From: Macrostomum lignano
Taxonomy: Eukaryota
Reading direction: 5' to 3'
Length of the DNA stretch: 64,000 nt
Assembly: GCA_002269645.1 (NCBI GenBank)
Contig: NIVC01001185.1
Coordinates: forward strand, 1 to 64,000
Positions within the stretch are counted from its first letter, which is position 1. The number at the start of each line of letters is the position of its first letter. Position numbers and translations under genes: made by a program. Shown piece after piece: positions 26,073-39,583 of this stretch. The notes under the pieces were generated by a model, which ran no database searches, was not told where the DNA came from, and was given only the letters and a program-made list of their open reading frames with translations.

Positions 26073-27251
26073 TCTTAATACTAAAAGTGGTGCGATGTTT
26101 GTTTGTTTGTCTGTTTGTCTGTTTGTCGGTGTGTTGCAATTTTTCTCCTAGAATACTGGCAAGTCAGCGTCGAAAATTATTTGGGGAAACTGCAAATTGT
26201 CCGGGTCGGGCTATAGGCTATTTTAATATTTTATTTTCGATTGTTAAGATCCCTAAAAAAGCAGAAAACTGCAATCTTGACCTTTGATAATCTTATTTGT
26301 CCCCTCTTTCTGCTCGGAGCTGATAAAATGCATCAATTTTGATTGATTGCGCCATAAATTTCTCCTATCTCGCCAGTGCATTTCTCTCCAGTTGGGGGAT
26401 GGGGCGTTCTAAGTGACTGCGTGTGTACACTTGGACCCTGGCTCACTGGCGCACTGTATAGATGATTGCGCAATGATTTGGCTACTGTTAAGTTGTTCTG
26501 CCTTTCAACATGAAGCCCTGTGTATTGTGGGAGAGTGAACTTCATTGCATAACTCGCGAGTCGCTTTAACAGGCGGTGAGCGTACACTCGATATTTCAAT
26601 GCTTTAAATCGGAAAGTTGTAAACGCTAACTGCTCTTCGAGTTCTAAACTTTAAGAGAAAAGACTTATATTGCCGGAAAGAGCTTGCAACACTGAGTTTG
26701 GAGGTATAAGTTGTTTGCTTTAAATATGAAAACAAAAAGGACAGCATTCAAAAACTATTTCCAATCTTTTAACTTTCTGCAAAGATTGCACTTAGTTTCC
26801 CGAGACGTAATAGATAAAGTTGGGGAGAGGGTTCAACTTCTTACTGCCACTGTGTATTGGAGGGTTGATTTAGATTGCGCAATCATTTTGTTCACTTTAC
26901 CTGAGCCTGATACTGACTGAATGAGAAATCGGTTGCGCAATAAATTGATTCAATTAATTCAATATTCTTATCAGCGCCTTTCAACCCGCAGCTCTGTGCA
27001 GCTCTAACCCTAACCCTAACCCTAACCCTAACCCTAGCCACTGAATCCTGAGTTTAGTTCTGTTTGACGGAGAAAATTTTAATTGAGTCCAGTTTCACGG
27101 AGAGGATTTCTGTTCCGCGGAGAGGATTTCGATGGTGTTCAGTTTCGCGGAGAGGGGTTGGATGGTAGGATTCAGCTGATGAATTTCAGGGAATGGAATT
27201 CCGGTGATGGGAATTCTTCCCCTTTCTCCTCCAGAGGAGGAGTTGGCCTCG
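26073..27251 (+). mobile_element. Helitron-like unit 12 (subfamily C-like, no AG-rich tract)
   Basis: Starts TCTTAATACTAAAAGTGG; TAACCC tract 27005-27034; ends TTGGCCTCG. Confidence 0.7.
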
Positions 27252-29489
27252 TTAATACTACAAGTGATGCGTTGTTTGTGTGTATGTATGTTGTAAGTGA
27301 ACTCCTACAAGTAAGTGCGTCGAAACTTATATGGGAAAACTGCAAATTTTCCGGAGCAGGCTTTAGGCTATTTTAATTTTTAATTTTCACATTTTAACAT
27401 CCCTAAAAAAGCAGAAAACCGCTTTTTCAACCCTCAATAACCTTCTTTGGCCACTCTGCCTGGGGCTGCAGCCAGTTTGTAAAAATAGCCACCCCAACCT
27501 CCGCCCGCGGGCCGCTGTGTATTGAGGGGTGGTGGGTGCGCGTGTTCTGGGTTCAATGCAAATAAAACCCCACGCGTGTTGGGGGGTTGAGTTAAATTTA
27601 ATGCTTCCCCCAGAACGGGGGTTGGGCTTGGGCTGAGTGTACATAGCAGTTGTACAGTGTAAATAGATAGACTGTGTCGAGATTCAATTGGTTTTATTAT
27701 TGGCGCCTTTTTTCCATAGGCAGCCCTGTGTATTAGTTTGGCAGTGAAATTCAATGAATAAGCTGAATTGCTCGAGCTTCTCTAGCAAGCAGTCGGGAAA
27801 TTGGTAAATTTCAAACGCCAACTGTTCCTCGAGTTTTAAACTTTGAGAGGAGAAACTTATATTTCTGGAAAGATCTTGCAACGCTGAGTTCGGGGATATA
27901 AGTTGTTTGCTTAAATTATGAAAAGAAAAAGCACAGCATTTAAAAAACTATTTCCATACTTTTAACTTTCTGCAAAAATTGTACTCAGTTTTGCGAGACG
28001 TAATAGATAAAGTTGGGGGGAGGGTTCAACTTCTCCCTGCTGCTGTGTATTGGAGGGTTGATTTAGATTGCGCAATGTTTTTGTTAACTTTAACTGAGAA
28101 TGATACTGACTGACTGTCAAATCGGTTGCGCAATGAATTGATTCAATTAGTTCAATATTTTTATCAGTGCCTTTTAACACGAAGCTGTGCGTAGTTCTAA
28201 CCCTAACCCTAACCCTAACCAATGAATCGGGAGAGTTGAGTTGTTGGACGGAAAAAATTCGATTGAGTCCAGTTTAGCGGAGACGATTTCAATGTTTGTA
28301 TTTTGACGGGGAGGATTTCTGTTCTGTGGAGAGGATTTCGATGGTGTTCAGTTTCACGGAGAGGATTTCGATGATGTTCAGCTTCACGGAGAGGATTTCT
28401 GTTTCGCGGAGATAATTTATGATTGATTTCTGTTTTATGGAGACGATTTTGATGGATTTAAGTTTCAAGGAGAGGATTTCGAAGGAGTCCAGTTTCACAG
28501 AGAGAATTTTTATGGATTTCTGTTTGATGGAGAGGATTTCGATGGATTTGGCACCTTGAGTCAGTCAGAGAAAAGAGAAAAGAGATGATAGAAAAGAGAG
28601 TAGATTTGAGAGAGGAGAGATTAGGGATGACATATAGGAGAGAATAGGAGAGTAAGGCGAGAATGAAGAGGGAGAGAGAAGAGAAGAGGAGAGAGGAGAT
28701 GAAAGGGGAGATAAAAGATAGCAGAGAGAGAGACAGGAGAGATGTGAGGAGAAAAGAGAGGAGGGATAAGAGCGTATAGAGGAAATAGAAGAGAGTAGAG
28801 AGTAGAGGAGAAAGAAGAGTGAGATGAAGGATGAGAGATGAGAGAGGAGAGGAGAGAGGAGAGAGAAGATATGAGAAAAGAGGGGAGAAAAGATACAGGA
28901 GAGAGTAGAGACAAAAGACCAGGGAAAAGAGATAAATGAGGGAGTAGAGATGAGAGGAGAGGGAGGAGAGAGATGAAGATCAGACATGAGAGAAATGAAA
29001 GAGTAGAAAGGAGAAATTATTGAGGAGAAAGAAGAGGGTAAAGATGAGAGTGCAGAGAGGAGAGTTAAGAGATGCAATGAGAAAAGAGATGAGTGAGAAA
29101 ATAAGAGAGAGAGATTTGAGAAGATAGGGGAGAAGATGAGAGGAGAAAGGAAAGGAGAGAAGAGAGAATGGAGAGGAGAGAAAAGAGAGGAGACAGGAGA
29201 CGTTAGAAAGGAGGGCAGAAAGATGAGAGATAAGAAAGGAGAGGGTGATATGAGAGATATGAGATATGAGAGCAGAGACATGAGAGTCCGAGTCTAGACA
29301 ATGCCAGTGAGTTTTTGCAAACAGGGAAAACAAGAAATCCGATATTTAAAATGCATTGTAGAGGATTTGGAGATGATTTGGAAGATGGGATTCAAGTCAT
29401 GGAATTTTAGCTGATGGGAGTTCTTCCCCTTCAGAATTCCGGTGATGGGAGTTCTTCCCCTTTCTCCTCCAGAGGAGGAGTTCCACTCG
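27252..29489 (+). mobile_element. Helitron-like unit 13 (subfamily B)
   Basis: Starts TTAATACTACAAGTG; hairpin 29464-29480; ends CTCG at 29489. Confidence 0.72.
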
Positions 29490-31575
29490 TCTACCTATAA
29501 AAGTCAAAACTCTGTGTGTGTGTGTGTGTGTGTACAAATTACTTCGCTATAGACTCCCAAACCGCTCAACCAAATTACACCAAATTTTGCACCCACCCTA
29601 AATTCACTACGGAAAGTGTCATAGGCTACCTTAAAATTTCCTAAATTTGAGTCTTTCCACCTAAAAGTGCAAAAAACTGCTCAAAATGCGCGATTTTTTC
29701 ACTAAATCCTCCATAGCGCCGCTCCACTTCCACCAATTCTCTTCAAATTTGACACAATTAATCTTCAACTATTTTGACACAATCGTGTAAAATTTTGGGT
29801 TTCAAAATTAATCCTGAGCGGCGCTGTGCACTTTTAAAGTTTGGCTGTTTTTTCAGCGTAGCAACCACCCCAACCTCCGCCCGCCTACCTCTCTTTCCCG
29901 ATCTGGGCCCAGATACGTAAAAGGGGTTTCAAAATTAACTAACTTTCAGCTGCCATACGTTAAGCTCCACGTAAAGCGATTGAGTTTAAACTTGACACAA
30001 TTCTTCATTGACTCATTCTCTATCTAAATGTAAAGTTTCAACTCTGTCACTCATTCAGAAAAGAAACTGTAAGCATGTGAAGTTTGTCTGCTTTTTCTAT
30101 TGTTTGTGCCACTCACTCAATCATCCCCCAGAGCCAGACCAAGGGTCAGGCGATAGGGCTGAATGTACATGGCAATGTACAGTGTTTTGGAATAGCTTTG
30201 TTTATGGCCTTCTCTGCACCCCCATGGAGAGGCTACGTTTAGCCATCCATAACAGTTTAGTGAGAAATTCTAACCACTGTCCTCTACTCCTCTGTATAGG
30301 CAAACTCTGAAGCAGTTAACGGTGGATGGCAAATCAAGGTAATTCAGCAAAAATCAGCATGGTTTGTAAAAGCGAAAGATTTATGAAAAGGCGATGCAAT
30401 GCAATACAAGATACAACCCTACTAAATTAGTCACACCATGGAAATTTAAGGTTTCTCTTAAAGGTACTTTAAAATTTAAATGGCCTCCCAAAAAATGCGT
30501 ATTTCCTTGGTTGTGAGACTGATGCAGACTGCAGTGGAGCTAAAGATACACAAATTCTTTTCAGGGCTTGCAAATTGGCAAGAAAGATGACATGATCGAG
30601 GGATGAGAACAGCCATGAGGGATGAGAACAGCCATGACAAACTACGTCCCACAAACTGGCTTTCCAAGCAGGAATGGGCAGACTTTTACCCCAAAGGCTA
30701 GAAAAGAATCCAGCTTATGGCTGAGTGGCAGTTGAGAGTGGAGAGAAGAAGGAATAGACTATTCGAAAAGAGAGGAGAGGTGAGAGAGGGAATAACAGAA
30801 AGATAAAAGATAATAGGAGAGATAAGGGAGTGAGAGGAGAGAGTAGAGAGGAGCGAGTAGAGAGGAGAGAGCAGAGAGCAGCAGATGAGATGAGAGCAGA
30901 GAGAAGAGCAGAGAAGAGTTAGTAAAGAGGAGAAAGGAGAGATGAGAGAGTAAATGGAAGAGAGAAGAGATAAGGTTGTACAGATGAGAGAGGTGTAAGG
31001 AGAGATGAGAAATGAGAGATGAGAGATAAAGGAGGAGAGTGGAGAGAGAAGAGACGAGACAAGAGAGGGAGAGAGTATATAGAAGAGGGAAGAGAAGAGA
31101 ATAGAAGAAAGGAGAAAGGAAAGTGAGGAGACAAAAGAGGTGAAAGAAAAGAGTACAGAGGACAGAATGAGAGAACATATAAGACAGTAAAGATGACAGA
31201 TGAAAGAGGGGGGATGAGCTGAGAGCAGAGACGAAAACGAACAGACGAGAGATGGGAGAGTAGAGAGAACAGAGGAGAGATAAGAGAGAAGAGATTACAG
31301 GGACGAGAGGAGAGACAAAGGGAGAGAGAAGTGAGTGAGGCGAGAGGAGAGAAAAGAGGAGAATGGAGGGGAGAGAGTAGAGAGGAGAAGAAAGATGGGA
31401 GAAGAGAGATAAGAGAGAGGGGGGAAGCAGAGAGAGAGGGGGGAAGCAGAGAGAGAGGGGGGAAGCAGAGAGAGAGAGGGGGAAGCAGAGAGAGAGGGGG
31501 AAGCAGAGAGAGAGGGGGAAGCAAAGAGAGAGGGGGAAGCAGAGAGAGAGGGGGGAAGCAGAGAGAGAGGGGGAA

Positions 31576-31646
<71 letters not shown>

Positions 31647-32253
31647 GAAGCAGAGAGAAATGAAAAGAGATAAAAGAGAAGAGAGAGAAGAGAAAGGAGA
31701 GATCAGAGAGCAAATAAAGACGAGAGAGAGGAGAGGCGAAGGAAAAGACGAGAGAAGAGTGGGAGGAGAGGAAAGAGAAAAGAAGAGAAATGACATGAGA
31801 TAAGAGAGATGAAAAAGAAGAGAAATGAGGGAAGATACGAGAGAAGAGGGGAGAGAGGAAAGAGGAAAAAGAGAAGAGAGGAGAGGAAAAAGAGCAGAGA
31901 GGAGAGACAAGGGACGAGAGAGAAGAGAGGAAACAGAAGAGAAGATAGAACTTTCAAAGGATCCAAGGGACGTAGGGAGAGTCAGAGGCAGAGGCCAGAG
32001 TTTGCCGATACATGTTTTAGAGTCAGACAGACATTAACTGCCTATTTAAAGTAAAAAGCACCCCAGCCAACAAGATCAATGTTTGCCTCAAATTCTAATT
32101 TTACACGAATGTACTCCATTTGATGTCTACCTCTATCCTACTAACTATTAACAAGTTTTTGTTTGAGTATGGCCTCAGATTTCAGAATACATGGAAAAAT
32201 AGTTCCGGGATTGGAATTCCCCGGGTTCAAAATCCGCGGGTTTCAACAGCTTG
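29490..32253 (+). mobile_element. Helitron-like unit 14, a different non-autonomous family closing the array
   Basis: Starts TCTACCTATAAAAGTCAAAAC(TG)n...CCAAATTTTGCAC...ATAGGCTAC. Ends ...CCGCGGGTTTCAACAGCTTG|T followed by AT-rich ATATAATAAAAG. The interior is unrelated to units 1-13 apart from an AG-rich tract. Confidence 0.6.
30720..31960. repeat. AG-rich low-complexity tract with (GA)n and GGGGGAAGCAGAGAGAGA repeats
   Basis: Nearly pure purine; pure (GA)n at ~31580-31642. Confidence 0.95.
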
Positions 32254-33495
32254 TATATAATAAAAGTGATAGATATTTAAAGATTACTAAAGCCAGCTGC
32301 AAAACTAACCTTCAAGTTTTTTGTCTAATGTCTTGAGTTTTATCTCTTTCTGTACTTTGAGCTTTTACATGTACATGTATAAATACAGCAAAAAAGTGAT
32401 AATTAACGAATGGGGACTCAACTCCTGCACACTCATGTAGAAGTCACTTGCCAATGCCAAGACATTTAGCTGCCACTATGTATAGTAGCACCACAGAATT
32501 GGTTGTTATAGTGCGGCTTATATTAGGAGCCTTGTCTGAAGCTATTGTCACGTTATTGGCGTGGTGACCACAACCCTTAAAAGGGCCGTTTTGACGAAAA
32601 TTACTTGTCACGTTAAGTCGTTGTAGTCCAAAATTCATTGTGAAGTCAATTCTTGCGAAGCGGATTGTGTAGCGGAGCACTTGGCGTATAAAGGCAGGTT
32701 TATTATCGTTATTAATATGATAATTGATTAATGTCAATACAAAACTTATAGCGTTCTGGGGCACTGGCGGCTGCAACAATAGCTGATGTAATTAGAATAT
32801 GAAGTCAAGTAGCAGACGAAGGATGCAATGGCGACGCAACGTGGTAAGTGATGGCGGTGAGCACAGTGATGGTAGTGAGTAGCAAGTAGACAGACAGTCA
32901 AGTAGTGGCGAGATTGGGCGTTAGCCCGTGGCAGTACACGGTGGAGTAAGAGTGCGTAAACAGGCTGGCCCAGACAGAGTGGGGCCGTGGCGAGAGATAA
33001 GGAGGCACGAGGCAGCCAACAAGGAGAGAGAAGGAAAACAAGACGCCAAGAAGCCTAGAAGTGAGGAAGCCCCCAGCCCGCCGCCAGGCGGGGGTTAATA
33101 AAGGAGCGCAGAAGGGTTAACATAATATATGCGGAGAGTTTTCATTGGCTGGCGAGAGAAAAACAAGAAACTGAAATTATTGATCGCGCGAGACCCTACA
33201 GACGTACGCAAGGATTACAAAGTACGCAGTGATTTAGCAATTGATACAGATTCGTTGCGCGCTACTACAAGTAAACGTGAGAATAAGAGATTGGAAAATT
33301 TAGATGAGAAATTGTAGGGAAATTGTAGTCCAACGGCCCTTTTGCGGGACCACTTAAAACTGACAACGTAGCACTATATTCTCATTTATTATTTTATGAT
33401 TTTTATAGGTAGAGATAAACGACCTTTGCATATGTACATGTACATGTATATGACAGAACGAGCTTTGTGCTGTGCTGTTCCTTAGATTTAATTGT

Positions 33496-34052
33496 ACAAC
33501 AACAACAACAACAAAATACATTGTCAGCCAGCCAGTCAAGCGTGGGGCCGGGCAATGTCAGAGGGCGCGTTTTAGGGCCTGGGCGCGAATGTACGTTGTA
33601 GGGCGCACCGCTAGCAGGGCTTGGGCGCGAATGTACGTTGTAGGGCGCACCGCTAGCAGTGCCTGGGGCGCCGGCATCAGCCAGCCGGCAGTCGACGAAG
33701 CGCCGAGTGCGCGCCTGCCCCCGCTGGTAGGGTGCCCCGGCATGTAGCGTCAGCAGCAGCACCTGCTGCGTGCACCGGCTGTGGACAGTACGACTCGGCT
33801 CGGATAAATATGGCCTGCCAGCTGAAGTCGGCACAACAGTTCGCTGGGACGGAACAGGCCGGTGCGGCGATAGAGTGCCGCATTGGTGACTCGCTCGTAG
33901 TAGCCGATCTTGAAGGCGGCGCGCAGCAGACCATCGTGCGCCGCATCGACCTACAGCTGCTCGAGCGAAATCGTCAGCGTCCAGGTATCGGCGTTGTACA
34001 ACAGAGGACGGCGGCTTAGCGTGCTTGGCTACGCCGACGATCTCGCCCTGCC
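33496..34052 (-). mobile_element. 5'-truncated RTE-like LINE remnant with an inverted 5' piece
   Basis: Minus strand (with frameshifts) reads LLYNADTWTLT...RVTNAALY...LQLAGH, typical of an RTE ORF C-terminus. It ends in a (TTG)n tail (33496-33514). 34003-34050 on the plus strand reads RRLSVLGYADDLAL (RT active-site motif). Confidence 0.75.
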
Positions 34053-34060
34053 TGCTGTCC

Positions 34061-34240
34061 TCGACCTTAATACTCATCTAAAGACCTTAGTACTCATCTA
34101 GAGACCTTCGTACTCATCTAGAGACCTTAGTACTCATCTAGAGACCTTAGTACTCATCTAGAGACCTTAGTACTCATCTAGAGACCTTAGTACTCATTTA
34201 GAGACCTTAGTACTCATCTAGAGACCTTAGTACTCATCTA
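34061..34240. repeat. Minisatellite, 20-bp unit GAGACCTTAGTACTCATCTA x9
   Basis: Direct reading of tandem copies. Confidence 0.95.
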
Positions 34241-34332
34241 GTAACTCATGAAAGTCATGTAAATCACGTGAGAATCACGAAAACGACATGGCAAAAAGCC
34301 GAATCTGTTACGTACCGATCTGGCCTTGTCAG

Positions 34333-36893
<2,561 letters not shown>

Positions 36894-37059
36894 ATATAGT
36901 AGCGCATCGGGCACGTTTTGATGCAACTTTGCAATCACGCTACTGTTAGTAGTTTTTGTTTAGGGAAATCTTAGTAACCGAGGTTGGTTAGGGGCTTTTC
37001 AAGTTTTATAGATATAGAATGGAGCTAGCTTTGCTCTTGATTAACCCGTCTTTCTGGTT

Positions 37060-37410
37060 GTTCACAGATTGGTAATTATTAAACAGTTTGGAAACAAAAT
37101 GGTGACGTACACAGTCTACTTGACTCAGCGGGAGGCGTCTCTGCCCATTCTGCTAACCCCTGGTGACCACAGCAGCCAGGGAGATCCCGTGGTCCCCCCG
37201 GTGTCGCTCGATCGGTAGCCCCTTCAAGGTATAGGACTACCTGGCATATTTTTGTTCCTGAAAATGTCGGAAAGGTCCGGGTGAGCCTGTCCTGAATGTC
37301 CTGGCATTCACAGCCGAAGTACTCAGCATTCTCAACACAGGAGAGGCAGAAATGGGCATTCCCCAATGCGGGTTTTTCCCTGGGAGGTAGCGATGCCTAT
37401 AGCAAAGTGA
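37060..37410 (-). mobile_element. Decayed LINE ORF2 3' fragment (C-terminal CCHC region)
   Basis: Reads HFCLSCVENAEYFGCEC...DRLT; homologous to 54040-54170. Confidence 0.5.
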
Positions 37411-38724
37411 AAATGAGGTAGAAATCCTGTTCCCTTCTGGAAAAAAAAATCGCAAAATTTTTCACCTGCCTAACAAAACATCACAATTTTTTATTTCGTT
37501 TTCTGCATGCTGACGCCGAATTTACGAAACTGACAGAGCTGACAGCTCACCAGCTGATAGTTGTGACTCTGACAGACTGCAATTGTACTGCGAAAAACCT
37601 GCAACAGTTGAAAGTTTTTTGTTACCATGGAGCGGAGAAAAACTGTAGACTAAACAGACTCTTTTTTGGTTGTCGAACAAAAATACACATGATTGCCTTC
37701 GATTTTAGATTTTTAACGGGTTGCTGTATTCCGTAGAATTATTTTTGCAGCCCCTTGGCACTTTCTGATTTTAGTTTTTTTGAGTGGCACCGGCTTGCAG
37801 AAGTCCAAAAGTGTTGTGAACAAACATTCGAATTGTAATAAAGAGACAACCAATGAAGTAAATCGTTTTCAATTCGGTAAGCACCATGGCACACAGAAAC
37901 TTTTTGTGTCGTTTTTGGGTTCGTGGCAACCGAACGGAATGAAAGAATTTTGTTGTGACAGTGCAACGTTGATTCAGTAACATGACTAGCCATTTTCAAT
38001 CCCCGTTGGGGCTTGCTATCCTAACTCCATCAATTAGTTGTTCCACACAGAAAACTTCACGAGGCCTTCTTTATCATGAAAATTTCCACTGTAGCATTAT
38101 TTGCCCTTTTTCTTATTTATTCCGATATCAATTTACGTCCCCTAGATAGCAAGCATCCTCCAATAGAAAGCATCCCCGATAGCAAATATCCCTAAATAGC
38201 AATCATCCCCCAAAAAGCAAGCATCTCCAAATAGCAAACATCTGTAACGGTTTTGAAATTCTGTAATTCAAATCTAGTTTATTTACATGGTGTATTTTAA
38301 CTTTATTCAGATCCTTAGCTGTTTGAATTATGTGCGTAATTTATTCTAGGGTTCTAATAATACGTATTTTGTTAATTTGGTTTCCGTTTCCAAGAAATGC
38401 GACTCATAATTTAAACATGTAAGTTCTAGTCTTTTCTGTAAGCGTGTGGCAGCCTTGGACGTAGATCAACTTAGCATGTACGTGAGATACAATAATTATA
38501 ATCAGAGCCGATCATCAGTGTACGCATTCGTACTAAGACAGTAAGATTCCTTATACTACGAGTATAGTAAATCGTCCAGGACTGACAGACGTAGCTGCTG
38601 AACCATACGTTGCTAATACTCTCCTTCACTAGTATTATTATAAATATACCGGACTCGTTACACATCCACCAAAGCAAGCAATCTCAGCACTCCTTTGTCA
38701 GCCATGAAACCTCAGAAATTCCTT

Positions 38725-38842
38725 AGCAGGCCTTGACATCTCAGCAATTCCATAAAAAAGCCTTGACATCTTAACCATTCTCCCCGTAAGCCTTGACATC
38801 TCAGCAATTCCCTCTGTCCGCCTTGACATCTCAGCGATTCCA
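38725..38842. repeat. Degenerate tandem repeat GCCTTGACATCTCAGCAATTCC x4, related to the 58575 minisatellite
   Basis: Shares the CATCTCAGCAA(T/C)TCC core. Confidence 0.7.
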
Positions 38843-39583
38843 AAGGTATCGCTATAACAACCCTGAAATTATTCCTTTAATCCCACAAAACAGACAGTCG
38901 TACTTTTAGCAGCCTGCAGTTATCCCCTTTGCATGTAGTCAGCAGTCCTCTCGGCTGTCTCGTCAGTCGCTTCACCAAACTGCGATGATCCTTTCAACAA
39001 TCACAAAACATTATCAGCATTTATTATGGCTCAATATTTAATATTCAATGAATATCTCAGCACATTACTCTATAGAGAACCTAAAACGAATACCATGCAC
39101 CCTTTACAGTGAGTCAGTTGCGACAGAAAATGTATAGTAATGAGTAAAAATATTAATAAACAATCTGTGAAAGCAACATAAATTTTCATACGTTTTTTAC
39201 TGTGTACTTTCGATTCGATGAATCGATACACAGGAATGAACAGTATTGCAGTGCTGACAACGGTAACAACAACAAAATACGCGGCCCTGCGAGCAAAAGG
39301 TCGCAGTTAGAGCAGGGCACGTCAGATGTAGCGCCGCAGAGCCTGGGAGCGAACAAAGTCCGCTCCGTTGGCAGTGTCGGGCGCCCGTTGACAATCGAAC
39401 AATGATTTGACAATGATGGATGCTCTGATGTTGAGCCAGCCAGGAAACTGTCGGGCGCAGTTTCGGTCAATAACATTGCTGCTGTAGCATGCATGATTTT
39501 AAAGTCTTTAACATCATTTTTACAAAGTAATCTAGAAAGCAACAGAAAAACAGCGAAACAGATTCGCAGTTCAGAAATATCAG

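Larger units (their letters stand above)
1296..28220. repeat. Twelve short interstitial (TAACCC)n / TTAGGG telomere-type tracts, one per Helitron unit
   Basis: Tracts at 1296-1330, 3755-3789, 6188-6220, 8506-8528, 14059-14093, 16695-16722, 19054-19069, 21047-21069, 22701-22735, 25131-25163, 27005-27034, 28198-28220. All are C-rich on the + strand. Confidence 0.95.
1..32253 (+). mobile_element. Head-to-tail tandem array of 14 non-autonomous Helitron-like elements (continues left of the window)
   Basis: The same terminus pair recurs at each junction. The 3' end is a hairpin CTCCTCC-GAA/AGA-GGAGGAG followed by TTCCACTCG or TTGGCCTCG (CTRR-like). It is directly followed by a 5' end TC(T/C)n..ATACTAAA..TGACGCG, a (GTCT/GTAT)n tract and an ATAGGCTATTTT/TTAGGCTATTTT motif. 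Junctions at 2348/9, 4807/8, 7132/3, 7562/3, 9608/9, 15719/20, 18154/5, 20013/4, 21289/90, 23751/2, 26072/3, 27251/2, 29489/90. No Rep/Hel ORF is present. Confidence 0.8.

Noticed and set aside
1469-31910. Many long Ser/Leu/Pro-rich minus-strand ORFs and Arg/Glu-rich plus-strand ORFs
   Set aside because: They are translations of AG-rich low-complexity tracts that lack stops by composition; no domain signal.
32444-32779. 111-aa minus-strand ORF
   Set aside because: No recognisable motif, splice context or paralog.
33105-33120. piggyBac-like end (GCAGAAGGG|TTAA)
   Set aside because: No matching opposite terminus or transposase was found in the window.
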